Sequence record: NZ_CP067423.1
Strand: one strand, 5' to 3'
DNA: 64,000 nucleotides
DNA from: a plasmid
Part shown: in pieces, positions 39,400 through 49,565 of the stretch
How the letters are laid out: each line of letters begins with the position of its first letter
How positions within the stretch are numbered: the stretch's first letter is position 1
Notes under the pieces: generated by a model
Databases searched by the model: none
Told to the model about the DNA's origin: nothing
What the model saw: the letters and a program-made list of their open reading frames with translations, nothing else
Position numbers and translations under genes: made by a program

Positions 39400-39563
39400 C
39401 CGGTAAGGATAGCGTGAACTTCAAAATCTTTCGAGGGGTGGGGCGTCTTCCTCCGGAACCGGACTGTCGGCGAAGCTGAAGCCCCGCGGTGCGGGTCTTC
39501 ACCCTCCGGGCGTCCATCCCTGACGCGGGCAGGGGCATTCGTGCAGTTGGGGGGAGTGCTTCT

Positions 39564-39854
39564 GAGATGCTGAGGGCGATTTTGGCGTGGGTAGAGAGGC
39601 GGCGTGCGATCCGTCGCCGATGGCGGGAAGACGCCAGGCGCCTCGTCCGTCTCCACGGCCCGACTGCCTATTATGAGGCACAACGGCTTGCCGCAACATC
39701 CCGCGCGATCGAAGACGGCCAGTTCCTCCACTGGGCAAAGGTAGCTGCCGAGGTGGCGCGGATAGAACCGTCGGCCGAGATGGATATCGACGTCGTCCGG
39801 TCGATTGTCGATCACGAACTTCGTCATCGAGTTCATTCGGATCCTGAGCCATGA
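39564..39854 (+). CDS. Hypothetical protein (conserved on rhizobial conjugative elements?)
   Basis: MLRAILAWVERRRAIRRRWREDARRLVRLHGPTAYYEAQRLAATSRAIEDGQFLHWAKVAAEVARIEP.... The longer ORF begins at 39489. Confidence 0.4.
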   Translation, partial: EMLRAILAWVERRRAIRRRWREDARRLVRLHGPTAYYEAQRLAATSRAIEDGQFLHWAKVAAEVARIEPSAEMDIDVVRSIVDHELRHRVHSDPEP

Positions 39855-40149
39855 CACGAAGAGGCGGGTCGCCGCGACAATACTGAGGGCACGTCAAGCC
39901 CGGTCTCTGCAATGGCTCTCTGCTACCGGGAAGGATGCGACTGGGTGCGGATCCATCCACGCGCAGGTCCGCCCCCGCTTGCTGTGCTGGCTTCCTGGTC
40001 CAGGTCCGTCCTCCTCCAATCAACCCACAAGGGGTCCGCTACGCGAGCGTGCGGCCGCTGCGGCTTCGCCTGCGCGGTGATTGCGGCCGGGCCCCGGACC
40101 CGACGGGCACCAGAGCGGGGATCGGCCCCGCCCATGGACGGAGCCCTTC

Positions 40150-40335
40150 AATGTCGCACGATCTTTCACTCGCACAGAACCATGCCTGGAACCTCGCCCG
40201 CACCCTGATGGTGCCGGTTATTCTCTTCAAGGTCGACGACGAATACGGCGTCATGCCCGCCGACGAACTCGACGACGCCGAAATCGAGCCGCTCTTCGAA
40301 TACGATCCCTACCAGGGCGGTCGGCCGGCTCATTG
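40150..40335 (+). CDS. Small hypothetical protein (61 aa)
   Basis: MSHDLSLAQNHAWNLARTLMVPVILFKVDDEYGVMPADELDDAEIEPLFEYDPYQGGRPAH; acidic C-terminus. Confidence 0.4.
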
Positions 40336-40619
40336 AGCCGGCCTTCCTCGCGCGCCAAGCGCCCGGCCGTCTGAAGGCCGGGTTGCGCGTCGCATCGTCC
40401 TTTCCCTGCTGGTGGCGGGACGCCACGAGCCCTTATTGGGACGAGGTTTTGCCGCTTGCGCCGGGAAGCCCGCAAGGGAGGCTGCGCCGCCCCGGCAAGC
40501 CGGTGCGCCCCTGCGGCCTTCCGGCTTCGCGGCCGACCTCGAGGCCTGCCGGAAAGGTAGACAAACAGATCTGGACAAGGAAAGGGCCGGACGCCCCGCG
40601 GCGCCGGCGGGATTGACCC

Positions 40620-41612
40620 ATGGAGCAGCATGAAATCGAGACATTGCGAGACAAGGTGCCCTGCGCCGCCGTGCTCGAGCGCGAGGGCTGGACGGTGGAC
40701 GTCAAGGAGAGCACCACACGCGCCGTGAAGTACCGGCGCGGGGCAGGCGAGATCATCATCGTCATCCACAATGGCAGGGGCTGGTTCGATCCACTCTCGG
40801 ATGCCAAGGGCGACGTCTTCACCCTCGCCGGTCACCTGGCCGGTATCGCCTTTCCGGCGGCCGTCGAGGCGGTTCGCAGTCTCGTCGGCTATGTTCCGGC
40901 CACGCCGTCCTGGAATTGCCCGAAGCGCACAGGCATTCCACTTTCGATCACCGACCGATGGCGGCGCCGACGACCTCCAACCATCGGGTCTCGCGCCTGG
41001 CGATATCTGGCAGATGAGCGTGCGATCCCAGTATCCATTCTGCAGGCCGCTATCGCACAAGGCCTGCTGCGCGAGGGGCCGAGCGGCAGCATCTGGACGG
41101 CGCATGTCGACCAAACCAGGCAACTGATCGGTTGGGAAGAACGCGGCCCCCAGTGGCGCGGCTTCTCCACCGGCGGCAGCAAGCAACTGTTCCGTCTCGG
41201 CAACGAGGCTGCGCTTCGGCTCTGCGTCACCGAGGCGGCGATCGACGCCATGAGCCTTGCCGCACTCGAGGGCATGCGTGCCGACACCCTCTACGTCAGC
41301 ACCGGGGGCGGGTGGTCGCCCGTCAGCGATAACGCGATCCGGTCGATCGCCTCGAACCCCGACATATTGATGGCCGCAGCCACCGACAACGATCGGCAGG
41401 GCGAGATCTATGCCCGTCGTTTGCAGGAGATCGTGCGTGAGACTGGGTGCCGGTACGAGCGGCTGCGGCCATCCACGCAGGACTGGAACAGCGATCTGAA
41501 AGGACAGGGGAAAGGAAACCCGGGAGTGGAAGGGGATATCAGAGCGGAATCGCTGCCGCATGCCCGGCCGTCGCGTCAAGGGAAGCTGCGCCCGGCTGGC
41601 GCCGGCCCTTGA
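40620..41612 (+). CDS. DUF3991 + Toprim domain protein (primase/topoisomerase-like; conjugative-element associated)
   Basis: The N-terminal block MEQHEIETLRDKVPCAAVLEREGWTVDVKESTT...IIIVIHNGRGWFDPLSDAKGDVFTLAGHL is DUF3991-like. The Toprim acidic motifs are ...LCVTEAAIDAMSLA... and ...AATDNDRQGEIYARRL.... Confidence 0.7.
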   Translation: MEQHEIETLRDKVPCAAVLEREGWTVDVKESTTRAVKYRRGAGEIIIVIHNGRGWFDPLSDAKGDVFTLAGHLAGIAFPAAVEAVRSLVGYVPATPSWNCPKRTGIPLSITDRWRRRRPPTIGSRAWRYLADERAIPVSILQAAIAQGLLREGPSGSIWTAHVDQTRQLIGWEERGPQWRGFSTGGSKQLFRLGNEAALRLCVTEAAIDAMSLAALEGMRADTLYVSTGGGWSPVSDNAIRSIASNPDILMAAATDNDRQGEIYARRLQEIVRETGCRYERLRPSTQDWNSDLKGQGKGNPGVEGDIRAESLPHARPSRQGKLRPAGAGP

Positions 41613-41724
41613 CCCGCCGGACCGGAGAGGCGGCCGCGGGAATGGGTGATGAGAAGGCATGAAGGTGATGATCCGGTCGGATGGACAGGATCGCGCTTGA
41701 TGCCGACGGACGACAGGAGCCGCC

Positions 41725-42330
41725 ATGATCACCCAAACTTCCTTCCGCAAGGTCTTCGAGGGCGTCGCCACGCGCCAACAGATGTTCCATATGTTCGATC
41801 GCCATGGCCCGGCGCCGATGAGCAAGGCACGCCTCACCGGCCGCCTCTATGACGGCGAGTGGTTCGAGATCGGCCGGGCCGAGCACGACTACATGTTCGA
41901 GATCCTGCCGCCGCTCTGGATTCGCGGCGACATGTTCGCAATGCGCGAGTTCATGACCGGCTCGATCACCAGCGTCTTCTTCGCACTCTCGATCGATGGG
42001 CGGCCACGCTACTTCCACGCCTATTGCGATATGTCGGCCAAGGGTTCGGCCGAGCGCATGCGCGATGTGATCATCGAGCGGGAATCCCGCCCCGTCCGTG
42101 CCATGACGCGCGCGGAGCGGCTCGACCATATCTGGAGCACGACCCATGCCGACTATCGCGGTTATGCGGGTGAGCGGTGGCCCGAGGCCGACCAGGACAA
42201 GCGAACCGTGCTGGTCTATGGCGGCGGCCAAGGGACGGTCCTGAAGCTTCTGGACGATCTGACCGCCCCCGAGATCAGCGCCAAGCTGCCGGTCCATCTC
42301 CGCTACCTGCCCGCCGCGATTGCAGCCTGA
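41725..42330 (+). CDS. DUF1419-like conserved hypothetical protein
   Basis: 201 aa, MITQTSFRKVFEGVATRQQMFHMFDRHGP...LYDGEWFEIGRAEHDYMFEILPPLWIRGDMFAM..., with an AGGAG RBS. The family assignment is from memory. Confidence 0.55.
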   Translation: MITQTSFRKVFEGVATRQQMFHMFDRHGPAPMSKARLTGRLYDGEWFEIGRAEHDYMFEILPPLWIRGDMFAMREFMTGSITSVFFALSIDGRPRYFHAYCDMSAKGSAERMRDVIIERESRPVRAMTRAERLDHIWSTTHADYRGYAGERWPEADQDKRTVLVYGGGQGTVLKLLDDLTAPEISAKLPVHLRYLPAAIAA

Positions 42331-42342
42331 TCGGAGGCTGTC

Positions 42343-42741
42343 ATGTTCACATTTCCTATTCTCGGCGTTCGCAAGGTCATCGAGCGCGGCATCGCCGATG
42401 CCGCCGTCAATGGGGGATTTCGCAATCCCTACTACGGCATCAAGCCCGGTAAGGATGAAAAGCCGGGACTTTGGCTGGTCGGCGATCAGGGCGTCTATCT
42501 CCTCTCCAACGGCAAGCTCGCCGAGGGTGAGCGCGCCCTCGTGATCTATTCGGATGAATGCCACCCGGTCGGCAATCCCGACTGGTGGCACTACAAGAAC
42601 CGGCATTTTGGTGGTGACGACGGCATCGAGTTCCTCGACGCTGAAAGACTGATCCCGCTGTTCGACCGGAACACGCGCTGCACGCATCTGCGCGTGCAAC
42701 TGACCGAGACGGACGTCTCGCTGTCGCTGATCGCCCGCTAG
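42343..42741 (+). CDS. Conserved hypothetical protein (DUF3085-like)
   Basis: 132 aa, MFTFPILGVRKVIERGIADAAVNGGFRNPYYGIKPGKDEKPGLWLVGDQGVYLLSNGKL...; 13 bp downstream of the previous gene. Confidence 0.5.
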   Translation: MFTFPILGVRKVIERGIADAAVNGGFRNPYYGIKPGKDEKPGLWLVGDQGVYLLSNGKLAEGERALVIYSDECHPVGNPDWWHYKNRHFGGDDGIEFLDAERLIPLFDRNTRCTHLRVQLTETDVSLSLIAR

Positions 42742-42826
42742 CCCATCCCACAACCCCGTCAGCGTTTCGCGCGGCCGCACACGCGGGTCGCGTGATCGCG
42801 CTCGCCATAATCCCAGGAGATATCCC

Positions 42827-45800
42827 GTGTCCCACGACGACCCCTTCACGCTCGACCTGTTCGGCAATACCGCACTTTCCTCAGGTCTCGGCCTTGGCGT
42901 GACCGCCTTTTCCGACAGTGCGGCCAACGATCCGGACGATGACGACCCGGCCCCGCATTCTCCCACGCCTGCCGTGCCCGCCACGGCGGATGCTCAACTC
43001 TTGCGCCGGGCGCCCAATGGCGAGAACTTCCATCTCGCCGGCACGCGCGGTCTCGCCAAATCCTGGCGGGAGCGCGCCCGCGACAACATCGCGGCGATCC
43101 GGCTCGCCGCCTCGATCGTCGATGAGCAGCGTCCGGCCTCGGTCGACGAGCAGGCCGCGCTGATCCGGTTCACCGGCTTCGGCGCTTCCGAGCTCGCCAA
43201 CGGCGTGTTTCGTCTCCCAGGCGAGCTTGAGTTTCGCGAGGGCTGGGCGGACATCGGCGCCGACCTCGAGGACGCGATCGACGGCGGCGACTACGCGTCG
43301 CTCGCCCGCTGCACCCAGTATGCGCACTTCACCCCCGAATATATCGTCCGGGCCATCTGGTCGGGCCTGCAGCGGCTCGGCTTTCGCGGCGGCCGTGTGC
43401 TCGAGCCCGGTGTCGGCACCGGACTGTTTCCGGCGCTGATGCCGGCGGCGCTACATCCCGTCACCCATCTCACGGGCGTCGAGATCGATCCGGTTACCTC
43501 CCGGATCGCCCGTCTGCTGCAGCCGCGCGCCAAAATACTCAATCAGGATTTCGCGCGGGTCGATCTGCCGGCGCATTTCGACCTGGCGATCGGCAATCCT
43601 CCCTTCTCCGACCGCACCGTGCGCAGCGACCGCGCGTTGCGCGCGCTCGGCCTGCGCCTGCATGACTATTTCATCGTGAAGGCGGTTCGGGCGTTGAAGC
43701 CCGGCGGGCTGGCCGCCTTCGTGACCTCGAGCGGCACCATGGACAAGGCCGATGGCCGTGCACGCGGGACGATCGCGGCTGCGGCCGATCTTGTCGGCGC
43801 CATACGTTTGCCAGGGGGCAGCTTCCGTGCCGATGCCGGAACCGATGTCATCGTCGACGTCCTCTTCTTCCGCAAGCGCAAGGACGGAGAGGTGGCGGGC
43901 GATCAAGGCTGGCTCGATCTGGCGGAGGTGCGACCACTGAGCGAGGACGACGGGGGTATCCGGGTCAATCGCTGGTTCGCCGAGCACCCCGATATGGTTC
44001 TTGGCGAACATGCGCTGCGGCGCGGCATCTACGGTACCGACGAGACCTATACCTGCCTACCGCGCCCGGACGTCGATCTCGACGCCGCGCTCGCGACCGC
44101 GATCCAGGCGCTTCCAGAAGCCATCTATGACGGCAAGCCGGAAGACTGCGGTCCCGACGTAGACGACAGTGGCGACGACCCGGCATCAACTGCGACTATG
44201 CCGAACGGCGCGACCGCTCGTGAAGGCAGCTATTTCATAGGCAAGAACGCCGCCCTGATGCAAATGGTCGACGGCGAGGCCGTGACCATCACCGTCAGGA
44301 AGGGACGGGGAGGGGACGGCGTCTCCGACAAGCAGGCCCGCATCATTCGCAAGCTGATCCCGATCCGCGACGCCGTGCGCGAGGTGCTGAAACTCCAGGA
44401 ATTCGACCGGCAGTGGAAGCCGGCGCAGGTCAAGCTGCGCATTGCCTGGTCGAACTTCGTGCGTGAATTCGGGCCGATCAACTTCACCACCGTCTCGACC
44501 ACCGAAGACTCAGAAACCGGCGAAGTGCGGGAGACGCATCGCCGTCCCAATCTCCAGCCCTTCCTCGACGACCCCGACTGCTGGCTGGTAGCATCCATCG
44601 AGGACTACGACCTCGAGACCAATACCGCCCGGTCCGGCCCGATCTTCACCGAGCGCGTCATCGCGCCGCCGCCGCCGCCGATCATCACGTCGGCCGCCGA
44701 TGCCCTCGCCGTCGTGCTCAACGAACGTGGCCATGTCGACGCCGATCACATCGCGGAATTGCTGCATCGCGATGTCGCCGATGTCGTTGACGAGTTGGGG
44801 CAGGCGATCTTCCGGGATCCGACGTCCGGTTCCTGGCAAACCGCCGATGCGTATCTCTCCGGCGCCGTTCGCTCCAAGCTCGCTGCCGCCGAGGCCGCCG
44901 CTGCGCTCGATCCAGCCTTTGCCCGCAATGTCGAAGCGCTCAAGGGCGTCCAGCCCGCCGATCTCAGGCCCTCCGACATCACCGCCCGCCTCGGCGCACC
45001 CTGGATTCCGGCGACCGACATTGTCACATTTGTCAAACAGACGATGGATGCCGACATCAGCATCCATCACACGCCCGAACTTGCATGCTGGACGGTCAGT
45101 GCGCGCCAACTCGGCTGGAGCGCCGCCGGCACGACCGAATGGGGCACGCATCGTCGCGATGCCGGGCAGCTGCTGTCCGACGCGCTCAATTCCTCCATCC
45201 CGCAGATCTTCGACACGGTGAAGGACGGCGACACCGAACGGCGCGTCCTCAATACCGTCGAGACCGAAGCGGCCAAGGAAAAGCTGCAGAAGATCAAGAC
45301 GGCGTTCCAGAAATGGATCTGGAGCGATCCGGATCGCACTGACCGATTGGCGCGGCTCTACAACGACACCTTCAACAACATCGCGCCGCGAAAATTCAAC
45401 GGCGACCATCTCCTGCTTCCAGGCGCCTCCGGCGCCTTTTCTCTTTATGGGCACCAGAAACGGGCGATCTGGCGCATCATCTCGGCTGGCTCGACCTATG
45501 TCGCCCACGCCGTTGGCGCCGGCAAAACGCTCTCGATCGCGGCGGCGATCATGGAGCAACGCCGCCTCGGGCTGATCAACAAAGCCATGCTGGTCGTTCC
45601 CGGCCACTGCCTGGCGCAGGCGGCCCGCGAGTTTCTGGCGCTCTATCCAAATGCCCGGATTCTGGTCGCCGACGAGACCAATTTCGTCAAGGAGAAGCGC
45701 CATCGCTTTCTGTCGCGGGCGGCAACCGCAAATTGGGACGCGATCATCATCACCCATTCGGCGTTCCGCTTCATTTCGATTCCCTCGGCTTTCGAGCAGC

Positions 45801-47959
45801 AAATGATTCAGGACGAGCTCGAGGCTTACGAGGAGTTGCTGACCAAGGTCGACCGCGAGGACCGGCTTTCCCGAAAGCGCATCGAGCGCATGAAGGAGGG
45901 GCACAAGGAGCGGCTGGAGGCGCTGTCGAGCCGCAAGGACGATCTGCTCACCATCTCCGAGATCGGCATCGACCAGATCATCGTCGATGAGGCGCAGGAG
46001 TTCAGGAAGCTCAGCTTCGCCACCAACATGTCGACGCTGAAGGGCGTCGATCCCAGCGGCTCGCAGCGGGCCTGGGACCTCTACGTGAAATCCCGATTCG
46101 TCGAGACGAGAAATCCGGGCAGGACGCTCGTGCTCGCTTCCGGCACGCCGATTACCAACACGCTCGGCGAAATGTTCACCGTGCAGCGGCTGATGGACAA
46201 TGCTGCTCTCGCAGCGCGCGGACTGCACGAGTTCGACGCCTGGGCGTCCACCTTCGGCGACACCTCGACGGAACTCGAGCTGCAGCCGTCCGGCAAATAC
46301 AAGCCGGTCACGCGCTTTGCCCAGTTCGTCAACGTCCCCGAGCTGATCGCCATGTTCCGGTCCTTCGCGGACGTGGTGCAGCCCGCCGACCTGCGGAAAT
46401 ATGTGAAAGTTCCGGAGATCGCCGGCGGCAAGCGGCAGATCATCACGGCGGAGCCGACCACTGCCTTCAAGGCCTATCAGCGTCACCTCGATGATCGTAT
46501 CAAGGCCATCGAAGAGCGCGAGGGTCCGGCGCAGCCCGGCGACGATATCCTGCTCTCGGTCATCACCGATGGCCGCCATGCCGCGATCGACCTGCGCCTG
46601 GTCATGCCGGCCATGGACAATGAGGATGACAACAAGCTCAACGCGCTTGTCCGAAACACCTTCCGCATCTGGCAGGAGACGGCCGAGAACGAATATGTCC
46701 GCAAGGACGGCAAGCCCTTCGACAAGTCCGGCGCCGGCCAGCTCATCTTCTCCGATCTCGGCACCATCAATGTCGAAGCCTCCCGCGGCTTCTCGGCCTA
46801 TCGCTGGATCCGCGACGAGCTCGTCCGCCTCGGTGTGCCGCCGTCGGAAATCGCCTTCATGCAGGACTTCAAGAAGTCGGAGGCCAAGCAGCGGCTGTTC
46901 AACGAGTTCAATGCCGGCAAGGTCCGCATCCTGATCGGGTCGTCCGAAACCATGGGCACCGGCGTCAATGTGCAGGCGCGGCTGAAGGCGCTGCACCATC
47001 TCGACGTTCCCTGGCTCCCCTCCCAGATCGAGCAGCGCGAAGGCCGCATCATCCGCCAGGGCAATCAGCACGACGAAATCGGACTCTATGCCTATGCGAC
47101 GCTCGGTTCACTCGACGCCACCATGTGGCAGAACAATGAGCGCAAGGCCCGGTTCATCGCGGCGGCTCTATCGGGCGACACGTCCATTCGCCGCCTCGAG
47201 GATATGGGCGAGGGGCAGGCCAACCAGTTCGCCATGGCCAAGGCCATCGCATCGGGCGATCAGCGCCTGATGCAAAAGGCAGGGCTTGAGGCCGAGATCG
47301 CCCGTCTCGACCGGCTCCATGCCGCCCATATCGACGACCAGCACGCCATCCGCCGCCAGGTCCGCGACGCGGAGCGCGAGATCGAGCTTTCGAGCCGGCG
47401 CATCGCCGAAATCGGAACGGACATCGCGCGTCTGGTGTCGACCGCTGGCGATGCCTTCACAATGACCGTCACCGGAACCTCCTTCACCGAACGCAAGCTC
47501 GCCGGCCGCGCCTTGATGAAGGAGATCCTCACCCTTGTTCAGCTCAGCCAAGAGGGCGAGGTCGTCATAGCCGCGATTGGCGGCTTCGACCTGGAGTTCT
47601 CAGGCGAGCGCTTCGGCCGGGACGGGTATCGCTACACCACGGTGCTGATGCGCTCCGGCGCCGACTACGAGATCGACCTTGCCGTCACGGTCACGCCGCT
47701 CGGCGCGATTGCTCGCCTCGAGCATGCTCTGTCGAACTTCGAGGGCGAGCAGGATAATTATCGCTGTCGGCTGGAGGATGCCCGCCGGCGTGTAGCCTCC
47801 TATCAGCCACGTATTGGCGAAACTTTCGCCTTCGAGGCCGAGCTTGAACTGAAGCGGGAGCAGTTGGCCGATCTCGAAGCCGATCTCGCCGCCAGCACGG
47901 ATGACGGTCCCGGCGTTGTGGTAGGGGCGGCTGATCATGCGACCCGCCAGGCGGCATGA
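42827..47959 (+). CDS. Large N6-adenine DNA methyltransferase - SNF2/SF2 helicase fusion protein (1710 aa); conjugative-element anti-restriction/establishment-type protein
   Basis: MTase motif I VLEPGVGTGLF and motif IV DLAIGNPPFSD. Helicase Walker A HAVGAGKTLS, DEAQ box IIVDEAQEF, motif III LASGTPITN, motif VI EQREGRIIRQGN. GTG start with an AGGAG RBS. Confidence 0.9.
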   Translation: MSHDDPFTLDLFGNTALSSGLGLGVTAFSDSAANDPDDDDPAPHSPTPAVPATADAQLLRRAPNGENFHLAGTRGLAKSWRERARDNIAAIRLAASIVDEQRPASVDEQAALIRFTGFGASELANGVFRLPGELEFREGWADIGADLEDAIDGGDYASLARCTQYAHFTPEYIVRAIWSGLQRLGFRGGRVLEPGVGTGLFPALMPAALHPVTHLTGVEIDPVTSRIARLLQPRAKILNQDFARVDLPAHFDLAIGNPPFSDRTVRSDRALRALGLRLHDYFIVKAVRALKPGGLAAFVTSSGTMDKADGRARGTIAAAADLVGAIRLPGGSFRADAGTDVIVDVLFFRKRKDGEVAGDQGWLDLAEVRPLSEDDGGIRVNRWFAEHPDMVLGEHALRRGIYGTDETYTCLPRPDVDLDAALATAIQALPEAIYDGKPEDCGPDVDDSGDDPASTATMPNGATAREGSYFIGKNAALMQMVDGEAVTITVRKGRGGDGVSDKQARIIRKLIPIRDAVREVLKLQEFDRQWKPAQVKLRIAWSNFVREFGPINFTTVSTTEDSETGEVRETHRRPNLQPFLDDPDCWLVASIEDYDLETNTARSGPIFTERVIAPPPPPIITSAADALAVVLNERGHVDADHIAELLHRDVADVVDELGQAIFRDPTSGSWQTADAYLSGAVRSKLAAAEAAAALDPAFARNVEALKGVQPADLRPSDITARLGAPWIPATDIVTFVKQTMDADISIHHTPELACWTVSARQLGWSAAGTTEWGTHRRDAGQLLSDALNSSIPQIFDTVKDGDTERRVLNTVETEAAKEKLQKIKTAFQKWIWSDPDRTDRLARLYNDTFNNIAPRKFNGDHLLLPGASGAFSLYGHQKRAIWRIISAGSTYVAHAVGAGKTLSIAAAIMEQRRLGLINKAMLVVPGHCLAQAAREFLALYPNARILVADETNFVKEKRHRFLSRAATANWDAIIITHSAFRFISIPSAFEQQMIQDELEAYEELLTKVDREDRLSRKRIERMKEGHKERLEALSSRKDDLLTISEIGIDQIIVDEAQEFRKLSFATNMSTLKGVDPSGSQRAWDLYVKSRFVETRNPGRTLVLASGTPITNTLGEMFTVQRLMDNAALAARGLHEFDAWASTFGDTSTELELQPSGKYKPVTRFAQFVNVPELIAMFRSFADVVQPADLRKYVKVPEIAGGKRQIITAEPTTAFKAYQRHLDDRIKAIEEREGPAQPGDDILLSVITDGRHAAIDLRLVMPAMDNEDDNKLNALVRNTFRIWQETAENEYVRKDGKPFDKSGAGQLIFSDLGTINVEASRGFSAYRWIRDELVRLGVPPSEIAFMQDFKKSEAKQRLFNEFNAGKVRILIGSSETMGTGVNVQARLKALHHLDVPWLPSQIEQREGRIIRQGNQHDEIGLYAYATLGSLDATMWQNNERKARFIAAALSGDTSIRRLEDMGEGQANQFAMAKAIASGDQRLMQKAGLEAEIARLDRLHAAHIDDQHAIRRQVRDAEREIELSSRRIAEIGTDIARLVSTAGDAFTMTVTGTSFTERKLAGRALMKEILTLVQLSQEGEVVIAAIGGFDLEFSGERFGRDGYRYTTVLMRSGADYEIDLAVTVTPLGAIARLEHALSNFEGEQDNYRCRLEDARRRVASYQPRIGETFAFEAELELKREQLADLEADLAASTDDGPGVVVGAADHATRQAA

Positions 47960-47986
47960 ATGGAAACCCGCTTTCCCGCCCTAAAC

Positions 47987-48561
47987 CTAAATGCGGTTCT
48001 TGAGATCTTCGAGGCTGGCAAGCTGCTGGCGCCTGCTGGCGACGGCTTCGCCAAGCAGCGCCCCAAGCTTGTCGTTGTACGCCTCGATCTGCTTTGTCGA
48101 GGTTTCCACATATTCGCGCAAGAGCTGCTCCTGGCGATCGATCTCCCGCTTCAACGTCTCGGCGTCGTTCCGACCTGACATGCCGATAATGACCCGCCGG
48201 TTGCTGATTTCGCCATGAGGCAGGGTGGTTGAGTATGGATTGGTCCGCAACCTAAACAGGCCAGGGTCGCCGGAGAACGCGAAGCTACGAGTTGCACGAA
48301 CTCCGTCGATCTCCACCATCCCGTCAAACATGTCGTGGACCCGCACGCGTGCCTCCTGCGCGTCCTTTTGTGGATTGTCGAAGTCCACCTTTAGCGGGGC
48401 GACACGAGCCTCGGGCAAAAGGGCGTGCACGATCTCCGCGTCAGACTTGATCAAGTCCACCCTGCTGACTTTCTGGCGGACGTGGTTGCCGACTGCGCCC
48501 TCCTGTGCGCGCAGGTACCGGTCGAGCGACTCTTCGAGAAACAGTACGTTGCCGATGATCA
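47987..48561 (-). CDS. Hypothetical protein (191 aa), third gene of the DUF2130 / ParB-like operon
   Basis: MIIGNVLFLEESLDRYLRAQEGAVGNHVRQKVSRVDLIKSDAEIVHALLPEARVAPLKVDFDNPQKDAQEARVRVHDMFDG.... A GGAGG RBS lies 4 nt upstream. No recognisable motif. Confidence 0.55.
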
Positions 48562-48611
48562 TCGGACCTCCTATAGGCGCCGCGTAACGCGTGTTGCAGA
48601 TTGATCGGGAC

Positions 48612-49565
48612 TCACGAAAGCGCCTTGCGCAATGATCGAAGGAGCGCCTCGGCGTCATCGATCTTTTTCAGGATGTCGGGGTCGCCCTTGAGATCCTGCA
48701 ACGTGGTCCAGGGTACCCCCTTCATCGCTTCAACCGCGGCCTCCAGATCCCCGGACAATCCGCCCTTTGGCTTCTTCTCGGTGGGTCCCAGACGCAACAT
48801 TGCAGAATCGAGATCCCCCGCGTCGCTGAGGAAATGCGCGCGTGCCACCGGATCGGGGAGGATCGATCGTAGTTTGCGCAGGTCCTTGGAGTTGGTTATG
48901 CGCTTGTCGTTCACCTTCTTGACGACGGCGTCGACGATGCTGGGAGTGAACAGCTTCTTGCTGACGCCCATCATCTCACGCGCCCAGGTGATGGCGGCGC
49001 TTGGGTCGCGAAGGCTGGTGAACTTCTCCGACAGCTCGAAAATATCGACCAGTTTGTCCAGTTCCCGAACGGTGATTCCGAGTATGTTCGCGGCGCTGGC
49101 GCGTCCCATCAGGTCGACAAGGCGGTAGGCCACCATTTCCTTCTCTTTGGCGTCCCATTCCTTGCGCTGCCGATGGATATAGATCCACGCGCGAAGCCGA
49201 TCCTCGTCACTCAGTGTGCGGTCGGTAACCTCGATGGGAAGCTGGCGGAATTCTTCTTTCCCCTGTTCTACCAAGGCCCGCGAATTCGTCCACCGGCGAT
49301 CGCCATCGATGATGCGAAACTTTCCGGGGAAATCGGGATGGGGTTCGACGAGTAGTGGCTCGAACAAACCGCCATTGGCTTCGATCTGCCGTTGCAGTTC
49401 TTCGTCAACCTTAGGCCCGAGCCTCGGCTGCTTGTCATTGGGAAGGATGGAGTCGATGTCAGCCTTCGTGCGGTACGTCCGAAGAACGGTACGATCGAGC
49501 CGGCGCTCCTGGAGGTTAACGACGTTGTCGCGTTCGCGACCCGCCATCGGGACGGGGTTATTCAT
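48612..49565 (-). CDS. ParB/Srx-fold (ParB N-terminal domain) protein with central HTH
   Basis: ...GGLFEPLLVEPHPDFPGKFRIIDGDRRWTNSRAL... matches the ParB box (IIAGERRWRAA) plus the upstream LL/VV motif; HTH at ...ASAANILGITVRELDKLV.... The ATG lies inside GATAATGAATAA, so it overlaps the stop of the upstream gene by 8 nt. Confidence 0.7.
   Translation of the reverse strand: MNNPVPMAGRERDNVVNLQERRLDRTVLRTYRTKADIDSILPNDKQPRLGPKVDEELQRQIEANGGLFEPLLVEPHPDFPGKFRIIDGDRRWTNSRALVEQGKEEFRQLPIEVTDRTLSDEDRLRAWIYIHRQRKEWDAKEKEMVAYRLVDLMGRASAANILGITVRELDKLVDIFELSEKFTSLRDPSAAITWAREMMGVSKKLFTPSIVDAVVKKVNDKRITNSKDLRKLRSILPDPVARAHFLSDAGDLDSAMLRLGPTEKKPKGGLSGDLEAAVEAMKGVPWTTLQDLKGDPDILKKIDDAEALLRSLRKALS

Noticed and set aside
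40251-41837. 528-aa minus-strand ORF
   Set aside because: Antisense to the DUF3991/Toprim gene; Arg/Ala/Pro-rich junk.
41539-42984. 481-aa minus-strand ORF
   Set aside because: Antisense to the DUF1419 and DUF3085-like genes and the start of the methylase gene.
44510-47071. 853-aa minus-strand ORF
   Set aside because: Antisense to the methylase-helicase gene, whose + frame carries all conserved motifs.
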